A DNA stretch of 10,069 bases from positions 1-10,069 of the forward strand of contig CAZWSR010000007.1 in assembly GCA_964636545.1 (NCBI GenBank), read 5' to 3'. The position numbers were made by a program, and so were the translations under genes. The stretch comes from Candidatus Undinarchaeota archaeon (GTDB lineage Archaea > Undinarchaeota > Undinarchaeia > Undinarchaeales > UBA543). Below the pieces are notes generated by a model. It saw only the letters and a program-made list of their open reading frames with translations, searched no databases and was not told the DNA's origin. Positions 5,262 through 10,069 of the stretch are shown here, in pieces (positions within the stretch are counted from its first letter, which is position 1; each line of letters starts with the position of its first letter).

Positions 5262-6908
5262 ATGAAACTGCCAAAGGAAATAGACATCCGAACCGCTATT
5301 GTTCTATTTATTCTAGCTGTTGTCCTAACTATTAGTGGAGCTTCAATTCTATTTGGAAGATATTCTAAAGACAGTTCTGCAACTGGGTATGCTTCTGTTG
5401 GTTCAGTTGGCCTCAGTTTTGCAAAACCAGCTGATGATGGTGATGATGAAGATGAAGAGGAAGAAGCACCACCAGAAGGTCCACCTGGGCCTGGTAGTGT
5501 AGGTGGCGCCGGAGGCGGCGGAGGCGGAGGTGGTGGCGGAGGAAGTGGTGGCCCTGGTGGCCAGCCAGCTCAAATTCTCCGATGGCAGGAACAATACCCT
5601 ATCTTAACTAAAGGAGATAACAAGAATATTATTCCAGCACCAAATGTCAAGACTCCAATAGAAATAATCACATTTGATCTTCCAATGGATGTAAAAGATG
5701 TTGTTGTTAAAGTAAGGAATTATGGTTTTGCTGGAGCTTTTGTAAATAAGCCATTCAGTGTTAATGAAGCACCTGGTGTGATTTACAGTTATTCTGAAAT
5801 TGAATTTATAAATCTTGAAGAAGGCGTTGCAACTGAAATCTGGCTCAAATTTAAGGTTGAGCGTGAGTGGATAAATGATAATCGTATTGGGGAAGATACT
5901 GTAGTTTTGTACAGATTCCATGACAAGAAGTGGGATTCACTTGAAACAATTCAGACTGCAAAATCACCAGAATTCATTCATTACAAAGCAAAAACACCTG
6001 GTTTCTCTGTTTTTGCTGTATCTGGTTCTGTTAGTAAAACTGGAATGCACTTAATCTTTGAACCAAATATTTCAATACAACGTGGCGAAACACAGTTGCA
6101 TACAATAATTGTTGAAAATATTGGGGAAGTTGCACTTTCAAATGTTGCTTTGTCTGTTCAAGAAACACTTTTTGAAACAAAATTCACACCAGAATCAATT
6201 GCAGAACTGCCTGTTGCATCAAAAGGGACTTACTTGTTTAATCTTAAAATCCCTGAAGAAGCCAGCCCTGGAACTTATCAATCATCTATTCTTGTAAAAG
6301 CTGATGAAGGATCAACTGAGGAATTCTTTGATATAATCATCCCCTCCACTGCAAAACCAACAGCAGAAGCGCTTCTTTCAGATCAAATCAGTAGTTTGAA
6401 ATCAACAGCAAACAAGCTATGGCTTGAGTCACAATGGGTTGGTCTTCGTGGTGGAAACGTGAGTGCTGTATTTGACTTAATTACTGATTCAAAAGAAAAA
6501 CTTGCAATTGCACATGATAATTTTGGAATGGTTGGGCTTGAAGAAACTCGTGCTTATACTGAAGGTGCAAGCACTGACCTTGAAAAAGCAGTTATCAAGC
6601 TCGCAGAACAACAGCCTTATTTAAGCATTTTCAAAATGTCTCCCGTTCTTATTGGTTTCATTGTTCTTGTCCTACTTGTTGTTGGATTCTTGAGCTACAA
6701 AGGTTTGCACAAGTTTGAGAAAACAGTTAAAGAAAGTAAGAAAGTTGCTCGTGGTGATGCGAAAATGGAAGTTGTTGTTAAAGAAACAAAGAAGTCAAAT
6801 CTTGGCAAACAACTTGCCCTTGTTGAGGAAGCATATCACAAAAAGCATATTTCAAAGAAGATTTATGATGCAGAGAAAGCGCGGCTAAGGAAGAAAATGG
6901 GGAAATGA
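5262..6908 (+). CDS. PGF-pre-PGF domain-containing membrane-anchored surface protein
   Basis: 548 aa. FKVEREWI...VVLYRF..KKWDSLET...YKAKTPGFSVFAVSG is a typical PGF-pre-PGF domain. Also an N-terminal TM plus ATGYAS, a D/E-P-G linker, a CARDB/NEW3-like Ig domain (VENIGE...PEEASPGTY), a helical region, a C-terminal TM and a SHOCT-like tail. Confidence 0.85.
   Translation: MKLPKEIDIRTAIVLFILAVVLTISGASILFGRYSKDSSATGYASVGSVGLSFAKPADDGDDEDEEEEAPPEGPPGPGSVGGAGGGGGGGGGGGSGGPGGQPAQILRWQEQYPILTKGDNKNIIPAPNVKTPIEIITFDLPMDVKDVVVKVRNYGFAGAFVNKPFSVNEAPGVIYSYSEIEFINLEEGVATEIWLKFKVEREWINDNRIGEDTVVLYRFHDKKWDSLETIQTAKSPEFIHYKAKTPGFSVFAVSGSVSKTGMHLIFEPNISIQRGETQLHTIIVENIGEVALSNVALSVQETLFETKFTPESIAELPVASKGTYLFNLKIPEEASPGTYQSSILVKADEGSTEEFFDIIIPSTAKPTAEALLSDQISSLKSTANKLWLESQWVGLRGGNVSAVFDLITDSKEKLAIAHDNFGMVGLEETRAYTEGASTDLEKAVIKLAEQQPYLSIFKMSPVLIGFIVLVLLVVGFLSYKGLHKFEKTVKESKKVARGDAKMEVVVKETKKSNLGKQLALVEEAYHKKHISKKIYDAEKARLRKKMGK
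5433..5561 (+). repeat. Low-complexity acidic / Pro / poly-Gly coding tract
   Basis: Encodes DDGDDEDEEEEAPPEGPPGPGSVGGAGGGGGGGGGGGSGGPGG; a run of GGN codons. Confidence 0.85.
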
Positions 6909-6922
6909 TATTCCCAGTTAAA

Positions 6923-6961
6923 CTTATAAAGAGGTAATGCTTACAGACATCATAAGGTGAT
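6923..6961 (+). promoter_or_regulatory. TATA box (CTTATAAA 6923-6930) and archaeal-type RBS (AGGTGAT 6955-6961)
   Basis: AGGTGAT is complementary to the 16S 3' AUCACCU and lies 5 nt before ATG 6967. Confidence 0.65.
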
Positions 6962-6966
6962 TTATA

Positions 6967-7302
6967 ATGCCAGAAGCAACAAACACACAACCAGATAGCA
7001 CTCCTGCACCTAAAACCGAAACTCCAAATATGGTTGTTTCAGGATTAGAGCAAGAGCTAAAGAAGCTCCAGAACAAGATGTCATTTACAAAGGGCAAAAT
7101 AACAAAATTGGAGAATGAAGAGGGTGGACTACACTCTCAAATAGCAAAACTCCAAGATTCTATTAATAGCACTCAAGACAAAATTGCTAATGACCAGCTC
7201 AAAGAAGAAGAGCTTAGTGATGAAATAGCAAAAATGCGTGACCAAATGGTCTCAATTAAGAAGATTCTAGCAGAATACGAGAGTGTTGGAACATCAGATT
7301 AA
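6967..7302 (+). CDS. Hypothetical coiled-coil protein
   Basis: 111 aa with RBS. Pro/Thr-rich N-terminus, then a continuous heptad pattern (LEQELKKLQNKM...ITKLENEE..LHSQIAKLQDSI...). Confidence 0.8.
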   Translation: MPEATNTQPDSTPAPKTETPNMVVSGLEQELKKLQNKMSFTKGKITKLENEEGGLHSQIAKLQDSINSTQDKIANDQLKEEELSDEIAKMRDQMVSIKKILAEYESVGTSD

Positions 7303-7322
7303 TAACTAGCATATTACTTTCT

Positions 7323-7336
7323 GAAGGTTTTAAATA
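7323..7336 (+). promoter_or_regulatory. BRE/TATA promoter of elp3 (leaderless-type)
   Basis: gaagg followed by TTTTAAATA, 26-34 bp upstream of ATG 7362. Confidence 0.6.
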
Positions 7337-7361
7337 GACGGCTGAGTATCTTTTTTTATTA

Positions 7362-8903
7362 ATGAATAAGAAAATTCTCAAGGAAATCCTTGATCAAGTA
7401 ATGATAGAGCGTCCTACTGACAAACGATTCAGATTAATAAAGCGGAGCATAGCGAAAAAATACAAGGTTTCAATACCTAGACATTATGATCTTTTCAAAG
7501 CAGCTAATAAAAAACAACAGAAAGCACTACATTATCTGCTTTTCAAGAAGCCAACTCGCTCACTTTCTGGTGTTTCAATTGTTGCTGTAATGTGCAAACC
7601 ACACAAATGTCCGCACGGAACCTGCATGTACTGCCCAAAAGGCAAAGAAGCTCCTCAAAGTTATACTGGTGATGAGCCAGCAGCTAGAAGAGCAAGAGCA
7701 AACAAGTTCAATGCAATTAATCAAGTGAAAAATCGCCTTGATCAAATCAAAAACTCAGGTCATCCAACTGACAAACTTGAATTAATTATAATGGGTGGCA
7801 CTTTCCCAAGCATGTCCTGGCAATATCAGAAGAATTTTGTGCGAGATTGTTTAAATGCGATAATCGGGGCGACGGGGCGCCGTGGAGACGGGGCGGCGAA
7901 ATATAGGACTTTAAAATCAGCACAAAAAGCAGCTGAAACCTCGTCAAAACGTCCAGTTGGCCTTACAATTGAGACTCGTCCTGATTATTGCAAAGCAAAG
8001 CATGTAAAAAGAATGCTGAGCCTAGGTGCAACTCGCGTTGAGCTTGGTGTTCAGACAACTTATGATTCAATTTTTAAGAAAATTCAGAGAGGTCACACTG
8101 TTCAGGATGTTATTGATGCAACTAGAATTGCAAAAGATGCTGGATTGAAAGTTCTTTATCACATGATGCCTGGTTTGCCTGGTTCAACTACTGAAAAAGA
8201 CCTTGCTTCTTTTAAAAAAATATTTACTGACAGCAAATTCATGCCAGATATGATAAAAATTTATCCAACTTTAGTGATTTCTGGAACTGAACTTTACAAA
8301 GAATGGAAAAAAGGCAAATACAAACCACTAGACTCAGCACAAGCAGCTAAACTTCTTTCAAAAATTAAGAAACTTGTCCCTCCTTGGGTTCGCATAATGC
8401 GTGTTCAGCGAGATATTCCAACAAATTTAATTGCAGCAGGTGTTCAGCATAGTAATTTGAGGCAATTAGCAAAAGCAAAATGTAAATGTATTCGTTGCAG
8501 GGAAGTTGGACATCAACTTAGACAAGGAAACGTGCCAGAAAACATAAAAATCAAAACAAAAAAATATTTTGCATCTGGCGGAACAGAGTATTTCATCTCA
8601 GCTGAAGATTTTGAAAAAGGAATATTGATTGGATATTTGCGACTAAGAAAAACTCCAACTAAATGGATTGTGCGCGAACTTCATGTCTATGGAACAGAAG
8701 TAAAAATCGGAAAAACAGCTCAAAAAACCGCAATGCAGCATCGCGGTTGGGGTAGGAAATTATTAGAAAAAGCTGAAGAACTTGCTGACAGCAAATTATA
8801 CATCTTAAGCGGAATTGGTGCTCGGGAATATTACAGGAAATTCAATTACAAATACAAAGAACTGTATATGGTAAAATCTCCACAATCTATAAATAACACT
8901 TAA
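7362..8903 (+). CDS. elp3: Elp3 tRNA uridine(34) acetyltransferase (radical SAM + GNAT)
   Basis: KPTRSLSGV, CPHGTCMYCP Fe-S motif, PQSYTG.EPA, MGGTF, TIETRPD, TRVELGVQT, HMMPGLP, KIYPTLV, RVQRDIP, CIRCREVG, VRELHVYG, QHRGWG, SGIGAREYY. Confidence 0.97.
   Translation: MNKKILKEILDQVMIERPTDKRFRLIKRSIAKKYKVSIPRHYDLFKAANKKQQKALHYLLFKKPTRSLSGVSIVAVMCKPHKCPHGTCMYCPKGKEAPQSYTGDEPAARRARANKFNAINQVKNRLDQIKNSGHPTDKLELIIMGGTFPSMSWQYQKNFVRDCLNAIIGATGRRGDGAAKYRTLKSAQKAAETSSKRPVGLTIETRPDYCKAKHVKRMLSLGATRVELGVQTTYDSIFKKIQRGHTVQDVIDATRIAKDAGLKVLYHMMPGLPGSTTEKDLASFKKIFTDSKFMPDMIKIYPTLVISGTELYKEWKKGKYKPLDSAQAAKLLSKIKKLVPPWVRIMRVQRDIPTNLIAAGVQHSNLRQLAKAKCKCIRCREVGHQLRQGNVPENIKIKTKKYFASGGTEYFISAEDFEKGILIGYLRLRKTPTKWIVRELHVYGTEVKIGKTAQKTAMQHRGWGRKLLEKAEELADSKLYILSGIGAREYYRKFNYKYKELYMVKSPQSINNT
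7865..7898 (+). repeat. GC-rich degenerate octamer tandem repeat within elp3
   Basis: cggggcga cggggcgc cgtggaga cggggcgg cg; encodes GATGRRGDGAA. Confidence 0.8.
8883..8895 (+). promoter_or_regulatory. Possible TATA box overlapping the elp3 3' end
   Basis: caatcTATAAATA 27-34 bp before ATG 8922; resembles 3648-3660. Confidence 0.45.
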
Positions 8904-8921
8904 TCTTTAAATCCAATTGTA

Positions 8922-9305
8922 ATGGCTATTCCAAAAAATGTGCAATCAGTTCTAACTAAACTTAAAAAAACCTCAACTGATGTTGCGCAAACTTGTATTT
9001 CAGAAGTTGAAAAATCCTTTCAAGGTAGTGGGTTTGATGACGCCCGTCTCTGGGCAAAAACTGCACTTCACACCATAATCGGCGAACTTGGTGATGTTGA
9101 AGATGATCTTGACCTTGAACAAATGGCAATGCAGCTTGACGGTTTTGAACGCGGAGCAGTAGAAGCATTTTATGAAGTTTTCACTAATATTCAAGATGAA
9201 TTACATGATGTTAATCCAAGCGATATTCGAGATACTCTAGTTTATTCAATAATGGAAACACTTGATCAGCAAGATAAGAAAAATTATCAAGGTCTTTATG
9301 GTTAA
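8922..9305 (+). CDS. Hypothetical acidic, probably helical protein with a C-terminal HbYX-like motif (LYG)
   Basis: 127 aa, D/E-rich, ends QGLYG; collinear with its neighbours. Confidence 0.75.
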   Translation: MAIPKNVQSVLTKLKKTSTDVAQTCISEVEKSFQGSGFDDARLWAKTALHTIIGELGDVEDDLDLEQMAMQLDGFERGAVEAFYEVFTNIQDELHDVNPSDIRDTLVYSIMETLDQQDKKNYQGLYG

Positions 9306-9313
9306 TTTTATAA
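9306..9313 (+). promoter_or_regulatory. Possible TATA box
   Basis: TTTTATAA 24-31 bp before ATG 9337. Confidence 0.45.
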
Positions 9314-9336
9314 TCTAATACTTCGTATTCTTTTTA

Positions 9337-9846
9337 ATGAAAGCTCAAACACATGTTGCAGGTGCAGTTCTTTTTGCAATAGCGCTAGCAAAAGCAGGAA
9401 CGGTGGTAATAACTGGACACGGTTATCTTTTATTTGCATTATTTGGTTCACTTCTTCCAGATATTGACAATCACAACTCCAAAATTGGTCAAAAACTTCC
9501 TGGATTCTCTCGTCTTGCAGAATTTCTAATGGGACATAGGGGAATTTACCACAGTTTTTTTGGCTGTGCAATAACTTTATTTGTATTCTTCGGAATTTTC
9601 AAAATATTTTCAATATCTGCTTGGCAATGCTACCTTGCAGCAATTGCAATTGGTTTCTTATCTCACCTTGTTTTAGATACAATAACAACAAAAGGAATTC
9701 ACTGGTTCAAGCCAATTTGGGGATTGTGGATCCGCGGTCCATTTAACACTGGCGGTTGGGTTGACACTGCATTTTCAGTTGCATTTTTGATCTTAGTTGG
9801 TTTTGTGATGAAAGGAATGGGAATTGGTGTTTTGCGGTTAATTTAG
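9337..9846 (+). CDS. YdjM-family membrane-bound metal-dependent hydrolase
   Basis: N-terminal TH, GSLLPDID, HRGIYHS and SHLVLDTITTKG motifs; several TM segments. Confidence 0.9.
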   Translation: MKAQTHVAGAVLFAIALAKAGTVVITGHGYLLFALFGSLLPDIDNHNSKIGQKLPGFSRLAEFLMGHRGIYHSFFGCAITLFVFFGIFKIFSISAWQCYLAAIAIGFLSHLVLDTITTKGIHWFKPIWGLWIRGPFNTGGWVDTAFSVAFLILVGFVMKGMGIGVLRLI

Positions 9847-9878
9847 CTGAATAGTTTGATTTGTTTAATGTTTTTTCT

Positions 9879-9902
9879 GGGGCTCCGGGGCACAGGGGCT
9901 CA
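9879..9902 (+). repeat. Octamer tandem repeat GGGGC(T/A)C(C/A) x3
   Basis: ggggctcc ggggcaca ggggctca, intergenic. Confidence 0.75.
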
Positions 9903-9905
9903 GTT

Positions 9906-9933
9906 CTGATGCCTGAAACCAGATGCCTGTTAC
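9906..9933 (-). repeat. Degenerate heptamer tandem repeat, reverse-complement relative of 741-768
   Basis: + strand ctgatgc ctgaaac cagatgc ctgttac; the - strand reads gtaacag gcatctg gtttcag gcatcag, versus gtatcag units at 744-764. Confidence 0.65.
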
Positions 9934-9940
9934 CCTAACC

Positions 9941-9948
9941 TTTTTATA
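9941..9948 (+). promoter_or_regulatory. Possible TATA box
   Basis: TTTTTATA 27-34 bp before ATG 9975. Confidence 0.45.
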
Positions 9949-9974
9949 CCACTCCTCACACAGATTTTCCAGAC

Positions 9975-10069
9975 ATGAAGTTAGAAGACGTCATGAAGCT
10001 CTTTTTAAAAAAGGGCAAGGGAGAGGGGGATGAAAAGCAAGGTTCTGAACAACCAGCTCCAGCTCCAGC
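9975..10069 (+). CDS. 3'-truncated hypothetical protein
   Basis: MKLEDVMKLFLKKGKGEGDEKQGSEQPAPAP..., open to the window end and preceded by a TATA-like element. Confidence 0.55.
   Translation, partial: MKLEDVMKLFLKKGKGEGDEKQGSEQPAPAP

Noticed and set aside
6640-6700. PGF-CTERM archaeosortase signal at the C-terminal TM of the PGF-pre-PGF protein
   Set aside because: No PGF precedes the TM and a long cytoplasmic tail follows; the only PGF is within the PGF-pre-PGF domain.
4550-9571. Other short minus-strand or nested ORFs (4550-4735, 4772-5155, 5403-5594, 5604-5921, 6109-6297, 6778-6990, 8962-9194, 9308-9571)
   Set aside because: They overlap well-supported + strand genes and have no recognisable motifs.
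741-9933. Inverted heptamer arrays as terminal inverted repeats of a 9.2-kb mobile element
   Set aside because: The match is degenerate, there is no transposase or integrase and no evident target duplication, and the interval includes the housekeeping gene elp3.

Overview
AT-rich archaeal window with all credible genes on the + strand. The archaeal call rests on an archaeal-type Elp3, a PGF-pre-PGF protein, TATA boxes ~25-35 bp before start codons and an AGGTGAT RBS; a DPANN-like origin is an inference. Bases 1-6908 form an eight-gene cell-surface cluster: (1) the 3' end of a large FN3/Ig protein with a C-terminal pilin-like domain, (2) two membrane-anchored DUF916/PapD-chaperone-like proteins, (3) three tandem, sequon-rich paralogous pilin-like genes with a 151-bp identical block between copies 1 and 3, (4) a small Ig-like membrane protein, and (5) a PGF-pre-PGF protein whose N-terminus carries the same TG motif and putative donor strand as the pilins. 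Together these suggest an usher-less, donor-strand-exchange (Csu/WxL-like) archaeal pilus; this is a motif-based hypothesis, untested by HMM or structure search. Downstream are a coiled-coil protein, elp3, a small acidic protein ending in an HbYX-like motif, a YdjM-family hydrolase and a partial ORF. Short 7-mer and 8-mer tandem repeats occur inside genes and in the last intergenic region.
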